Assembly: GCA_046563655.1 (NCBI GenBank)
Contig: JAJCTO010000015.1
Coordinates: forward strand, 124,001 to 188,000
Source: Yuukianura sp. NJ FZ-2021
Taxonomy: Eukaryota
Direction of reading: 5' to 3'
Length of the DNA: 64,000 nt
In this document: positions 1 to 15,000 of the stretch, in pieces
Layout of the letters: the number at the start of each line of letters is the position of its first letter
How positions within the stretch are numbered: position 1 is the stretch's first letter
Notes under the pieces: model-generated
What the model saw: only the letters and a program-made list of their open reading frames with translations
Database searches by the model: none
What the model was told of the DNA's origin: nothing
Program-made: the position numbers and the translations under genes

Positions 1-26
1 ATTTACTAGGGGGAATTGAAAGCACT

Positions 27-3000
27 GTACTTTTCAGGAGGATTTCAGAAAAGTAACTCATTTTCACCCGGCATCTCTCCGAGTGGAGGTTCTTGAAACA
101 AATTTTCATAAAGAAAAGTAACGAGATGAGGGACGACACGGCAAGTGAAAGTGGGTTCCTGTAGCACTTTTTATGAGGATCTCAAAAAGGTAGTTGACTT
201 TTACCTAGCATCGTTCCGGAATGCATTTCTTTTGAATTCTTTGTTTTAAAACTTGAATTTTCATAAATAAAGGTAACAAGATGAGGCACGACACAGCAAG
301 TGAAAGTGCGTTCCTGTAGCACTTTTTATGAGGATTTCAAAAATGTAATTTACTTTCTGTTCATTCGCACATTTGCATGTTCATTCTCTCAAATTTAAGT
401 CGTTTTCAACAAAATGGTGCTCGGCATTGCTCAATGTGCCATTTACCAACCCAAGATAAACTCCGAGGCAGTGCGGTTCATCCAGACTTTTAAGTACACT
501 CTAACCAGATTTAATGGCGATCTATCCACGCCAATCAAACTTGGGTTCCTGAAGTACTTTTCAGGAGGATTTCAGAAAAGTAACTCATTTTCACCCGGCA
601 TCTCTCCGAGTGGAGGTTCTTGAAACAAATTTTCATAAAGAAAAGTTACGAGATGAGGGACGACACGGCAAGTGAAAGTGGGTTCCTGTAGCACTTTTTA
701 TGAGGATTTCAAAAATGTAATTTACTTTCTGTTCATTCTCACATTTGCATGTTCATTCTCTCAAATTTATGTCGTTTTCGACAAAATGGTGCTCGGCATT
801 GCTCAATGTGCCGTTTACCAACCCAAGATAAACTCCGAGGCAGTGCGGTTCATCCAGACTTTTAAGTACACTCTAACCAGATTTAATGGCGATCTATCCA
901 CGCCAATCAAACTTGGGTTCCTGAAGTACTTTTCAGGAGGATTTCAGAAAAGTAACTCATTTTCACACGGCATCTCTCCGAGTGGAGGTTCTTGAAACAA
1001 ATTTTCATAAAGAAAAGTAACGAGATGAGGGACGACACGGCAAGTAAAAGTGGGTTGGTTCCTGTAGCACTTTTTATGAGGATCTCAAAAATGTAGTTGA
1101 CTTTTACCTAGCGTCGTTCCGGAATGCATTTCTTTTGAATTCTTTGTTTTGAAACTTGAATTTTCATAAATAAAGGTAACAAGATGAGGCACGAGACAGC
1201 AAGTGAAAATGGGTTCCTGTAGCACTTTTTATGAGGATTTCAAAAATGTAATTTACTTTCTGTTCATTCTCACATTTGCATGTTCATTCTCTCAAATTTA
1301 TGTCGTTTTCACACAATGGTGCTCGGCATTGCTCAATGTGCCGTTTACCAACCCAAGACAAACTCCGAGGCAGTGCGGTTCATCCAGACTTTTAAGTTCA
1401 CTCTAACCAGATTTAATAGCGATCTATCCACGCCAATCAAACTTGGGTTCCTGAAGTACTTTTCAGGAGGATTTCAGAAAAGCAAATCATTTTCACACGG
1501 CATCTCTCCGAGTGGAGGTTCTTGAAACAAATTTTCATAAAGAAAAGTAACGAGATGAGGGACGACACGGCAAGTGAAATTGGGTTCCTGTAGCACTTTT
1601 TATGAGGATTTCAAAAATGTAATTTACTTTCTGTTCATTCTCACATTTGCATGTTCATTCTCTCAAATTTATGTCGTTTTCACACAATGGTGCTCGGCAT
1701 TGCTCAATGTGCCGTTTACCAACCCAAGATAAACTCCGAGGCAGTGCGGTTCGTCCAGACTTTTAAGTACCCTCTAACCAGATTTAATGGCGATCTATCA
1801 ACGCCAATCAAACTTGGGTTCCTGAAGTACTTTTCAGGAGGATTTCAGAAAAGTAACTCATTTTCACCCGGCATCGCTCCGAGTGGAGGTTCTTGAAAGA
1901 AATTTTCATAAAGAAAAGTAACGAGATGAGGGACGACACGGCAAGTGAAAGTGGGTTCCTGTAGCACTTTTTATGAGGATTTCAAAAATGTAATTTACTT
2001 TCTGTTCATTCTCACATTTGCATGTTCATTCTCTCAAATTTATGTCGTTTTCGATAAAATGGTGCTCGGCATTGCTCAATGTGCCGTTTACCAACCCAAG
2101 ATAAACTCCGAGGCAGTGCGGTTCATCCAGACTTTTAAGTTCACTCTAACCAGATTTAATAGCGATCTATCCACGCCAATCAAACTTGGGTTCCTGAAGT
2201 ACTTTTCAGGAGGATTTCAGAAAAGCAAATCATTTTCACCCGGCATCGCTCCGAGTGGAGGTTCTTGAAACAAATTTTCATAAAGAAAAGTAACGAGATG
2301 AGGGACGACACGGCAAGTGAAAGTGGGTTCCTGTAGCACTTTTTATGAGGATTTCAAAAATGTAATTTACTTTCTGTTCATTCTCACATTTGCATGTTCA
2401 TTCTCTCAAATTTATGTCGTTTTCGACAAAATGGTGCTCGGCATTGCTCAATGTGCCGTTTACCAACCCAAGATAAACTCCGAGGCAGTGCGGTTCATCC
2501 AGACTTTTAAGTTCACTCTAACCAGATTTAATAGCGATCTATCCACGCCAATCAAACTTGGGTTCCTGAAGTACTTTTCAGGAGGATTTCAGAAAAGCAA
2601 ATCATTTTCACCCGGCATCGCTCCGAGTGGAGGTTCTTGAAACAAATTTTCATAAAGAAAAGTAACGAGATGAGGGACGACACGGCAAGTGAAAGTGGGT
2701 TCCTGTAGCACTTTTTATGAGGATTTCAAAAATGTAATTTACTTTCTGTTCATTCTCACATTTGCATGTTCATTCTCTCAAATTTACGTCGTTTTCGACA
2801 AAATGGTGCTCGGCATTGCTCAATGTGCCGTTTACCAACCCAAGATAAACTCCGAGGCAGTGCGGTTCATCCAGACTTTTAAGTACACTCTAACCAGATT
2901 TAATGGCGATCTATCCACGCCAATCAAACTTGGGTTCCTGAAGTACTTTTCAGGAGGATTTCAGAAAAGTAACTCATTTTCACACGGCATCTCTCCGAGT

Positions 3001-6000
3001 GGAGGTTCTTGAAACAAATTTTCATAAAGAAAAGTAACGAGATGAGGGACGACACGGCAAGTAAAAGTGGGTTGGTTCCTGTAGCACTTTTTATGAGGAT
3101 CTCAAAAATGTAGTTGACTTTTACCTAGAGTCGTTCCGGAATGCATTTCTTTTGAATTCTTTGTTTTGAAACTTGAATTTTCATAAATAAAGGTAACAAG
3201 ATGAGGCACGAGACAGCAAGTGAAAATGGGTTCCTGTAGCACTTTTTATGAGGATTTCAAAAATGTAATTTACTTTCTGTTCATTCTCACATTTGCATGT
3301 TCATTCTCTCAAATTTATGTCGTTTTCACACAATGGTGCTCGGCATTGCTCAATGTGCCGTTTACCAACCCAAGACAAACTCCGAGGCAGTGCGGTTCAT
3401 CCAGACTTTTAAGTTCACTCTAACCAGATTTAATAGCGATCTATCCACGCCAATCAAACTTGGGTTCCTGAAGTACTTTTCAGGAGGATTTCAGAAAAGC
3501 AAATCATTTTCACACGGCATCTCTCCGAGTGGAGGTTCTTGAAACAAATTTTCATAAAGAAAAGTAACGAGATGAGGGACGACACGGCAAGTGAAATTGG
3601 GTTCCTGTAGCACTTTTTATGAGGATTTCAAAAATGTAATTTACTTTCTGTTCATTCTCACATTTGCATGTTCATTCTCTCAAATTTATGTCGTTTTCAC
3701 ACAATGGTGCTCGGCATTGCTCAATGTGCCGTTTACCAACCCAAGATAAACTCCGAGGCAGTGCGGTTCGTCCAGACTTTTAAGTACCCTCTAACCAGAT
3801 TTAATGGCGATCTATCAACGCCAATCAAACTTGGGTTCCTGAAGTACTTTTCAGGAGGATTTCAGAAAAGTAACTCATTTTCACCCGGCATCGCTCCGAG
3901 TGGAGGTTCTTGAAACAAATTTTCATAAAGAAAAGTAACGAGATGAGGGACGACACGGCAAGTGAAAGTGGGTTCCTGTAGCACTTTTTATGAGGATTTC
4001 AAAAATGTAATTTACTTTCTGTTCATTCTCACATTTGCATGTTCATTCTCTCAAATTTATGTCGTTTTCGACAAAATGGTGCTCGGCATTGCTCAATGTG
4101 CCGTTTACCAACCCAAGATAAACTCCGAGGCAGTGCGGTTCATCCAGACTTTTAAGTTCACTCTAACCAGATTTAATAGCGATCTATCCACGCCAATCAA
4201 ACTTGGGTTCCTGAAGTACTTTTCAGGAGGATTTCAGAAAAGCAAATCATTTTCACCCGGCATCGCTCCGAGTGGAGGTTCTTGAAACAAATTTTCATAA
4301 AGAAAAGTAACGAGATGAGGGACGACACGGCAAGTGAAAGTGGGTTCCTGTAGCACTTTTTATGAGGATTTCAAAAATGTAATTTACTTTCTGTTCATTC
4401 TCACATTTGCATGTTCATTCTCTCAAATTTATGTCGTTTTCGACAAAATGGTGCTCGGCATTGCTCAATGTGCCGTTTACCAACCCAAGATAAACTCCGA
4501 GGCAGTGCGGTTCATCCAGACTTTTGAGTACACTCTAACCAGATTTAATGGCGATCTATCCACGCCAATCAAACTTGGGTTCCTGAAGTACTTTTCAGGA
4601 GGATTTCAGAAAAGTAACTCATTTTCACACGGCATCTCTGCGAGTGGAGTTTCTTGAAACAAATTTTCAGAAAGAAAAGTAACGAGATGAGGGACGACAC
4701 GGCAAGTGAAAGTGGGTTCCTGTAGCACTTTTTATGAGGATCTCAAAAATGTAGTTGACTTTTACCTAGCATCGTTCCGGAATGCATTTCTTTTGAATTC
4801 TTTGTTTTGAAACTTGAATTTTCATAAATAAAGGTAACAAGATGAGGCACGAGACAGCAAGTGAAAGTGGGTTCCTGTAGCACTTTTTATGAGGATTTCA
4901 AAAATGTAATTTACTTTCTGTTCATTCTCACATTTGCATGTTCATTCTCTCAAATTTATGTCGTTTTCGACAAAATGGTGCTCGGCATTGCTCAATGTGC
5001 CGTTTACCAACCCAAGATAAACTCCGAGGCAGTGCGGTTCATCCAGACTTTTAAGTTCACTCTAACCAGATTTAATAGCGATCTATCCACGCCAATCAAA
5101 CTTGGGTTCCTGAAGTACTTTTCAGGAGGATTTCAGAAAAGCAAATCATTTTCACCCGGCATCGCTCCGAGTGGAGGTTCTTGAAACAAATTTTCATAAA
5201 GAAAAGTAACGAGATGAGGGACGACACGGCAAGTGAAAGCGGGTTCCTGTAGCACTTTTTATGAGGATTTCAAAAATGTAATTTACTTTCTGTTCATTCT
5301 CACATTTGCATGTTCATTCTCTCAAATTTATGTCGTTTTCGACAAAATGGTGCTCGGCATTGCTCAATGTGCCGTTTACCAACCCAAGATAAACTCCGAG
5401 GCAGTGCGGTTCATCCAGACTTTTGAGTACACTCTAACCAGATTTAATGGCGATCTATCCACGCCAATCAAACTTGGGTTCCTGAAGTACTTTTCAGGAG
5501 GATTTCAGAAAAGTAACTCATTTTCACACGGCATCTCTGCGAGTGGAGTTTCTTGAAACAAATTTTCAGAAAGAAAAGTAACGAGATGAGGGACGACACG
5601 GCAAGTGAAAGTGGGTTCCTGTAGCACTTTTTATGAGGATCTCAAAAATGTAGTTGACTTTTACCTAGCATCGTTCCGGAATGCATTTCTTTTGAATTCT
5701 TTGTTTTGAAACTTGAATTTTCATAAATAAAGGTAACAAGATGAGGCACGAGACAGCAAGTGAAAGTGGGTTCCTGTAGCACTTTTTATGAGGATTTCAA
5801 AAATGTAATTTACTTTCTGTTCATTCTCACATTTGCATGTTCATTCTCTCAAATTTATGTCGTTTTCGACAAAATGGTGCTCGGCATTGCTCAATGTGCC
5901 GTTTACCAACCCAAGATAAACTCCGAGGCAGTGCGGTTCATCCAGAATTTTAAGTACACTCTAACCAGATTTAATGGCGATCTATCCACGCCAATCAAAC

Positions 6001-9000
6001 TTGGGTTCCTGAAGTACTTTTCAGGAGGATTTCAGAAAAGTAACTCATTTTCACACGGCATCTCTCCGAGTGGAGGTTCTTGAAACAAATTTTCATAAAG
6101 AAAAGTAACGAGATGAGGGACGACACGGCAAGTAAAAGTGGGTTCCTGTAGCACTTTTTATGAGGATCTCAAAAATGTAGTTGACTTTTACCTAGCGTCG
6201 TTCCGGAATGCATTTCTTTTGAATTCTTTGTTTTGAAACTTGAATTTTCATAAATAAAGGTAACAAGATGAGGCACGAGACAGCAAGTGAAAGTGGGTTC
6301 CTGTAGCACTTTTTATGAGGATTTCAAAATGTAATTTACTTTCTGTTCATTCTCACATTTGCATGTTCATTCTCTCAAATTTATGTCGTTTTCACACAAT
6401 GGTGCTCGGCATTGCTCAATGTGCCGTTTACCAACCCAAGATAAACTCCGAGGCAGTGCGGTTCATCCAGACTTTTAAGTTCACTCTAACCAGATTTAAT
6501 AGCGATCTATCCACGCCAATCAAACTTGGGTTCCTGAAGTACTTTTCACGAGGATTTCAGAAAAGTAACTCATTTTCACCCGGCATCGCTCCGAGTGGAG
6601 GTTCTTGGAACAAATTTTCATAAAGAAAAGTAACGAGATGAGGGACGACACGGCAAGTGAAAGTGGGTTCCTGTAGCACTTTTTATGAGGATCTCAAAAA
6701 TGTAGTTGACTTTTACCTAGCATCGTTCCGGAATGCATTTCTTTTGAATTCTTTGTTTTGAAACTTGAATTTTCATAAATAAAGGTAACAAGATGAGGCA
6801 CGAGACAGCAAGTGAAAGTGGGTTCCTGTAGCACTTTTTATGAGGATTTCAAAAATGTAATTTACTTTCTGTTCATTCTCACATTTGCATGTTCATTCTC
6901 TCAAATTTATGTCGTTTTCACACAATGGTGCTCGGCATTGCTCAATGTGCCGTTTACCAACCCAAGATAAACTCCGAGGCAGTGCGGTTCATCCAGACTT
7001 TTAAGTTCACTCTAACCAGATTTAATAGCGATCTATCCACGCCAATCAAACTTGGGTTCCTGAAGTACTTTTCAGGAGGATTTCAGAAAAGCAAATCATT
7101 TTCACCCGGCATCGCTCCGAGTGGAGGTTCTTGAAACAAATTTTCATAAAGAAAAGTAACGAGATGAGGGACGACACGGCAAGTGAAAGTGGGTTCCTGT
7201 AGCACTTTTTATGAGGATTTCAAAAATGTAATTTACTTTCTGTTCATTCTCACATTTGCATGTTCATTCTCTCAAATTTATGTCGTTTTCGACAAAATGG
7301 TGCTCGGCATTGCTCAATGTGCCGTTTACCAACCCAAGATAAACTCCGAGGCAGTGCGGTTCATCCAGACTTTTAAGTTCACTCTAACCAGATTTAATAG
7401 CGATCTATCCACGCCAATCAAACTTGGGTTCCTGAAGTACTTTTCAGGAGGATTTCAGAAAAGCAAATCATTTTCACCCGGCATCGCTCCGAGTGGAGGT
7501 TCTTGAAACAAATTTTCATAAAGAAAAGTAACGAGATGAGGGACGACACGGCAAGTGAAAGTGGGTTCCTGTAGCACTTTTTATGAGGATTTCAAAAATG
7601 TAATTTACTTTCTGTTCATTCTCACATTTGCATGTTCATTCTCTCAAATTTATGTCGTTTTCGACAAAATGGTGCTCGGCATTGCTCAATGTGCCGTTTA
7701 CCAACCCAAGATAAACTCCGAGGCAGTGCGGTTCATCCAGACTTTTGAGTACACTCTAACCAGATTTAATGGCGATCTATCCACGCCAATCAAACTTGGG
7801 TTCCTGAAGTACTTTTCAGGAGGATTTCAGAAAAGTAACTCATTTTCACACGGCATCTCTGCGAGTGGAGTTTCTTGAAACAAATTTTCAGAAAGAAAAG
7901 TAACGAGATGAGGGACGACACGGCAAGTGAAAGTGGGTTCCTGTAGCACTTTTTATGAGGATCTCAAAAATGTAGTTGACTTTTACCTAGCATCGTTCCG
8001 GAATGCATTTCTTTTGAATTCTTTGTTTTGAAACTTGAATTTTCATAAATAAAGGTAACAAGATGAGGCACGAGACAGCAAGTGAAAGTGGGTTCCTGTA
8101 GCACTTTTTATGAGGATTTCAAAAATGTAATTTACTTTCTGTTCATTCTCACATTTGCATGTTCATTCTCTCAAATTTATGTCGTTTTCGACAAAATGGT
8201 GCTCGGCATTGCTCAATGTGCCGTTTACCAACCCAAGATAAACTCCGAGGCAGTGCGGTTCATCCAGACTTTTAAGTTCACTCTAACCAGATTTAATAGC
8301 GATCTATCCACGCCAATCAAACTTGGGTTCCTGAAGTACTTTTCAGGAGGATTTCAGAAAAGCAAATCATTTTCACCCGGCATCGCTCCGAGTGGAGGTT
8401 CTTGAAACAAATTTTCATAAAGAAAAGTAACGAGATGAGGGACGACACGGCAAGTGAAAGTGGGTTCCTGTAGCACTTTTTATGAGGATTTCAAAAATGT
8501 AATTTACTTTCTGTTCATTCTCACATTTGCATGTTCATTCTCTCAAATTTATGTCGTTTTCGACAAAATGGTGCTCGGCATTGCTCAATGTGCCGTTTAC
8601 CAACCCAAGATAAACTCCGAGGCAGTGCGGTTCATCCAGACTTTTGAGTACACTCTAACCAGATTTAATGGCGATCTATCCACGCCAATCAAACTTGGGT
8701 TCCTGAAGTACTTTTCAGGAGGATTTCAGAAAAGTAACTCATTTTCACACGGCATCTCTGCGAGTGGAGTTTCTTGAAACAAATTTTCAGAAAGAAAAGT
8801 AACGAGATGAGGGACGACACGGCAAGTGAAAGTGGGTTCCTGTAGCACTTTTTATGAGGATCTCAAAAATGTAGTTGACTTTTACCTAGCATCGTTCCGG
8901 AATGCATTTCTTTTGAATTCTTTGTTTTGAAACTTGAATTTTCATAAATAAAGGTAACAAGATGAGGCACGAGACAGCAAGTGAAAGTGGGTTCCTGTAG

Positions 9001-12000
9001 CACTTTTTATGAGGATTTCAAAAATGTAATTTACTTTCTGTTCATTCTCACATTTGCATGTTCATTCTCTCAAATTTATGTCGTTTTCGACAAAATGGTG
9101 CTCGGCATTGCTCAATGTGCCGTTTACCAACCCAAGATAAACTCCGAGGCAGTGCGGTTCATCCAGAATTTTAAGTACACTCTAACCAGATTTAATGGCG
9201 ATCTATCCACGCCAATCAAACTTGGGTTCCTGAAGTACTTTTCAGGAGGATTTCAGAAAAGTAACTCATTTTCACACGGCATCTCTCCGAGTGGAGGTTC
9301 TTGAAACAAATTTTCATAAAGAAAAGTAACGAGATGAGGGACGACACGGCAAGTAAAAGTGGGTTCCTGTAGCACTTTTTATGAGGATCTCAAAAATGTA
9401 GTTGACTTTTACCTAGCGTCGTTCCGGAATGCATTTCTTTTGAATTCTTTGTTTTGAAACTTGAATTTTCATAAATAAAGGTAACAAGATGAGGCACGAG
9501 ACAGCAAGTGAAAGTGGGTTCCTGTAGCACTTTTTATGAGGATTTCAAAAATGTAATTTACTTTCTGTTCATTCTCACATTTGCATGTTCATTCTCTCAA
9601 ATTTATGTCGTTTTCACACAATGGTGCTCGGCATTGCTCAATGTGCCGTTTACCAACCCAAGATAAACTCCGAGGCAGTGCGGTTCATCCAGACTTTTAA
9701 GTTCACTCTAACCAGATTTAATAGCGATCTATCCACGCCAATCAAACTTGGGTTCCTGAAGTACTTTTCACGAGGATTTCAGAAAAGTAACTCATTTTCA
9801 CCCGGCATCGCTCCGAGTGGAGGTTCTTGGAACAAATTTTCATAAAGAAAAGTAACGAGATGAGGGACGACACGGCAAGTGAAAGTGGGTTCCTGTAGCA
9901 CTTTTTATGAGGATCTCAAAAATGTAGTTGACTTTTACCTAGCATCGTTCCGGAATGCATTTCTTTTGAATTCTTTGTTTTGAAACTTGAATTTTCATAA
10001 ATAAAGGTAACAAGATGAGGCACGAGACAGCAAGTGAAAGTGGGTTCCTGTAGCACTTTTTATGAGGATTTCAAAAATGTAATTTACTTTCTGTTCATTC
10101 TCACATTTGCATGTTCATTCTCTCAAATTTATGTCGTTTTCACACAATGGTGCTCGGCATTGCTCAATGTGCCGTTTACCAACCCAAGATAAACTCCGAG
10201 GCAGTGCGGTTCATCCAGACTTTTAAGTTCACTCTAACCAGATTTAATAGCGATCTATCCACGCCAATCAAACTTGGGTTCCTGAAGTACTTTTCACGAG
10301 GATTTCAGAAAAGCAACTCATTTTCACCCGGCATCGCTCCGAGTGGATGTTCTTGAAACAAATTTTCATAAAGAAAAGTAACGAGATGAGGGACGACACG
10401 GCAAGTGAAAGTGGGTTCCTGTAGCACTTTTTATGAGGATTTCAAAAATGTAATTTACTTTCTGTTCATTCTCGCATTTGCATGTTCATTCTCTCAAATT
10501 TATGTCGTTTTCACACAATGGTGCTCGGCATTGCTCAATGTGCCGTTTACCAACCCAAGATAAACTCCGAGGCAGTGCGGTTCATCCAGACTTTTAAGTA
10601 CACTCTAACCAGATTTAATGGCGATCTACCCACGCCAATCAAACTTGGGTTCCTGAAGTACTTTTCAGGAGGATTTCAGAAAAGTAACTCATTTTCACAC
10701 GGCATCTCTCCGAGTGGAGGTCCTTGAAACAAATTTTCATAAAGAAAAGTAACGAGATGAGGGACGACACGGCAAGTGAAAGTGGGTTCCTGTAGCACTT
10801 TTTATGAGGATCTCAAAAATGTAGTTGACCTTTACCTAGCATCGTTCCGGAATGCATTTCTTTTGAATTCTTTGTTTTGAAACTTGAATTTTCATAAATA
10901 AAGGTAACAAGATGAGGCACGAGACAGCAAGTGAAAGTGGTTCCTGTAACACTTTTTATGAGGATTTCAAAAATGTAATTTACTTTCTGTTCATTCTCAC
11001 ATTTGCATGTTCATTCTCTCAAATTTATGTCGTTTTCACACAATGGTGCTCGGCATTGCTCAATGTGCCGTTTACCAACCCAAGATAAACTCCGAGGCAG
11101 TGCGGTTCATCCAGACTTTTAAGTTCACGCTAACCAGATTTAATAGCGATCTATCCACGCCAATCAAACTTGGGTTCCTGAATTACTTTTCACGAGGATT
11201 TCAGAAAAGCAACTCATTTTCACCCGGCATCGCTCCGAGTGGATGTTCTTGAAACAAATTTTCATAAAGAAAAGTAACGAGATGAGGGACGACACGGCAA
11301 GTGAAAGTGGGTTCCTGTAGCACTTTTTATGAGGATTTCAAAAATGTAATTTACTTTCTGTTCATTCTCGCATTTGCATGTTCATTCTCTCAAATTTATG
11401 TCGTTTTCACACAATGGTGCTCGGCATTGCTCAATGTGCCGTTTACCAACCCAAGATAAACTCCGAGGCAGTGCGGTTCATCCAGACTTTTAAGTACACT
11501 CTAACCAGATTTAATGGCGATCTATCCACGCCAATCAAACTTGGGTTCCTGAAGTACTTTTCAGGAGGATTTCAGAAAAGTAACTCATTTTCACACGGCA
11601 TCTCTCCGAGTGGAGGTTCTTGAAACAAATTTTCATAAAGAAAAGTAACGAGATGAGGAACGACACGGCAAGTAAAAGTGGGTTCCTGTAGCACTTTTTA
11701 TGAGGATCTCAAAAATGTAGTTGACTTTTACCTAGCATCGTTCCGGAATGCATTTCTTTTGAATTCTTTGTTTTGAAACTTGAATTTTCATAAATAAAGG
11801 TAACAAGATGAGGCACGAGACAGCAAGTGAAAGTGGGTTGCTGTAGTACTTTTTATGAGGATTTCAAAAATGTAATTTACTTTCTGTTCATTCTCACATT
11901 TGCATGTTCATTCTCTCAAATTTATGTCGTTTTCACACAATGGTGCTCGGCATTGCTCAATGTGCCGTTTACCAACCCAAGATAAACTCCGAGGCAGTGC

Positions 12001-15000
12001 GGTTCATCCAGACTTTTAAGTTCACGCTAACCAGATTTAATAGCGATCTATCCACGCCAATCAAACTTGGGTTCCTGAATTACTTTTCACGAGGATTTCA
12101 GAAAAGCAACTCATTTTCACCCGGCATCGCTCCGAGTGGATGTTCTTGAAACAAATTTTCATAAAGAAAAGTAACGAGATGAGGGACGACACGGCAAGTG
12201 AAAGTGGGTTCCTGTAGCACTTTTTATGAGGATTTCAAAAATGTAATTTACTTTCTGTTCATTCTCGCATTTGCATGTTCATTCTCTCAAATTTATGTCG
12301 TTTTCACACAATGGTGCTCGGCATTGCTCAATGTGCCGTTTACCAACCCAAGATAAACTCCGAGGCAGTGCGGTTCATCCAGACTTTTAAGTACACTCTA
12401 ACCAGATTTAATGGCGATCTATCCACGCCAATCAAACTTGGGTTCCTGAAGTACTTTTCAGGAGGATTTCAGAAAAGTAACTCATTTTCACACGGCATCT
12501 CTCCGAGTGGAGGTTCTTGAAACAAATTTTCATAAAGAAAAGTAACGAGATGAGGAACGACACGGCAAGTAAAAGTGGGTTCCTGTAGCACTTTTTATGA
12601 GGATCTCAAAAATGTAGTTGACTTTTACCTAGCATCGTTCCGGAATGCATTTCTTTTGAATTCTTTGTTTTGAAACTTGAATTTTCATAAATAAAGGTAA
12701 CAAGATGAGGCACGAGACAGCAAGTGAAAGTGGGTTGCTGTAGTACTTTTTATGAGGATTTCAAAAATGTAATTTACTTTCTGTTCATTCTCACATTTGC
12801 ATGTTCATTCTCTCAAATTTATGTCGTTTTCACACAATGGTGCTCGGCATTGCTCAATGTGCCGTTTACCAACCCAAGATAAACTCCGAGGCAGTGCGGT
12901 TCATCCAGACTTTTAAGTTCACTCTAACCAGATTTAATAGCGATCTATCCACGCCAATCAAACTTGGGTTCCTGAAGTACTTTTCACGAGGATTTCAGAA
13001 AAGTAACTCATTTTCACCCGGCATCGCTCCGAGTGGATGTTCTTGAAACAAATTTTCATAAAGAAAAGTAACGAGATGAGGGACGACACGGCAAGTGAAA
13101 GTGGGTTCCTGTAGCACTTTTTATGAGGATTTCAAAAATGTAATTTACTTTCTGTTCATTCTCGCATTTGCATGTTCATTCTCTCAAATTTAAGTCGTTT
13201 TCGACAAAATGGTGCTCGGCATTGCTGTGGGTGCCGTTTACCAACCCAAGATAAACTCCGAGGCAGTGCGGTTCATCCAGACTTTTAAGTACACTCTAAC
13301 CAGATTTAATGGCGATCTATCCACGCCAATCAAACTTGGGTTCCTGAAGTACTTTTCACGAGGATTTCAGAAAAGTAACTCATTTTCACCCGGCATCGCT
13401 CCGAGTGGAGGTTCTTGGAACAAATTTTCATAAAGAAAAGTAACGAGATGAGGGACGACACGGCAAGTGAAAGTGGGTTCCTGTAGCACTTTTTATGAGG
13501 ATCTCAAAAATGTTGTTGACTTTTACCTAGCATCGTTCCGGAATGCATTTCTTTTGAATTCTTTGTTTTGAAACTTGAATTTTCATAAAGAAAGGTAACA
13601 AGATGAGGCACGACACAGCAAGTGAAAGTGGGTTCCTGTAGCACTTTTTATGAGGATTTCAAAAATGTAGTCGATTTTCTGTTCATTCTCACATTTGCAT
13701 GTTCATTCTCTCAAATTTATGTCGTTTTCACACAATGGTGCTCGGCATTGCTCAATGTGCCGTTTACCAACCCAAGATAAACTCCGAGGCAGTGCGGTTC
13801 ATCCAGACTTTTAAGTTCACTCTAACCAGATTTAATAGCGATCTATCCACGCCAATCAAACTTGGGTTCCTGAAGTACTTTTCACGAGGATTTCAGAAAA
13901 GCAACTCATTTTCACCCGGCATCGCTCCGAGTGGATGTTCTTGAAACAAATTTTCATAAAGAAAAGTAACGAGATGAGGGACGACACGGCAAGTGAAAGT
14001 GGGTTCCTGTAGCACTTTTTATGAGGATTTCAAAAATGTAATTTACTTTCTGTTCATTCTCGCATTTGCATGTTCTTTCTCTCAAATTTATGTCGTTTTC
14101 ACACAATGGTGCTCGGCATTGCTCAATGTGCCGTTTACCAACCCAAGATAAACTCCGAGGCAGTGCGGTTCATCCAGACTTTTAAGTACACTCTAACCAG
14201 ATTTAATGGCGATCTACCCACGCCAATCAAACTTGGGTTCCTGAAGTACTTTTCAGGAGAATTTCAGAAAAGTAACTCATTTTCACCCGGCATCTCTCCG
14301 AGTGGAGGTCCTTGAAACAAATTTTCATAAAGAAAAGTAACGAGATGAGGGACGACACGGCAAGTGAAAGTGGGTTCCTGTAGCACTTTTTATGAGGATC
14401 TCAAAAATGTAGTTGACTTTTACCTAGCATCGTTCCGGAATGCATTTCTTTTGAATTCTTTGTTTTGAAACTTGAATTTTCATAAATAAAGGTAACAAGA
14501 TGAGGCACGAGACAGCAAGTGAAAGTGGTTCCTGTAACACTTTTTATGAGGATTTCAAAAATGTAATTTACTTTCTGTTCATTCTCACATTTGCATGTTC
14601 ATTCTCTCAAATTTATGTCGTTTTCACACAATGGTGCTCGGCATTGCTCAATGTGCCGTTTACCAACCCAAGATAAACTCCGAGGCAGTGCGGTTCATCC
14701 AGACTTTTAAGTACACTCTAACCAGATTTAATGGCGATCTATCCACGCCACTCAAACTTGGGTTCCTGAAGTACTTTTCAGGAGGATTTCAGAAAAGTAA
14801 CTCATTTTCACACGGCATCTCTCCGAGTGGAGGTTCTTGAAACAAATTTTCATAAAGAAAAGTAACGAGATGAGGAACGACACGGCAAGTAAAAGTGGGT
14901 TCCTGTAGCACTTTTTATGAGGATCTCAAAAATGTAGTTGACTTTTACCTAGCATCGTTCCGGAATGCATTTCTTTTGAATTCTTTGTTTTGAAACTTGA

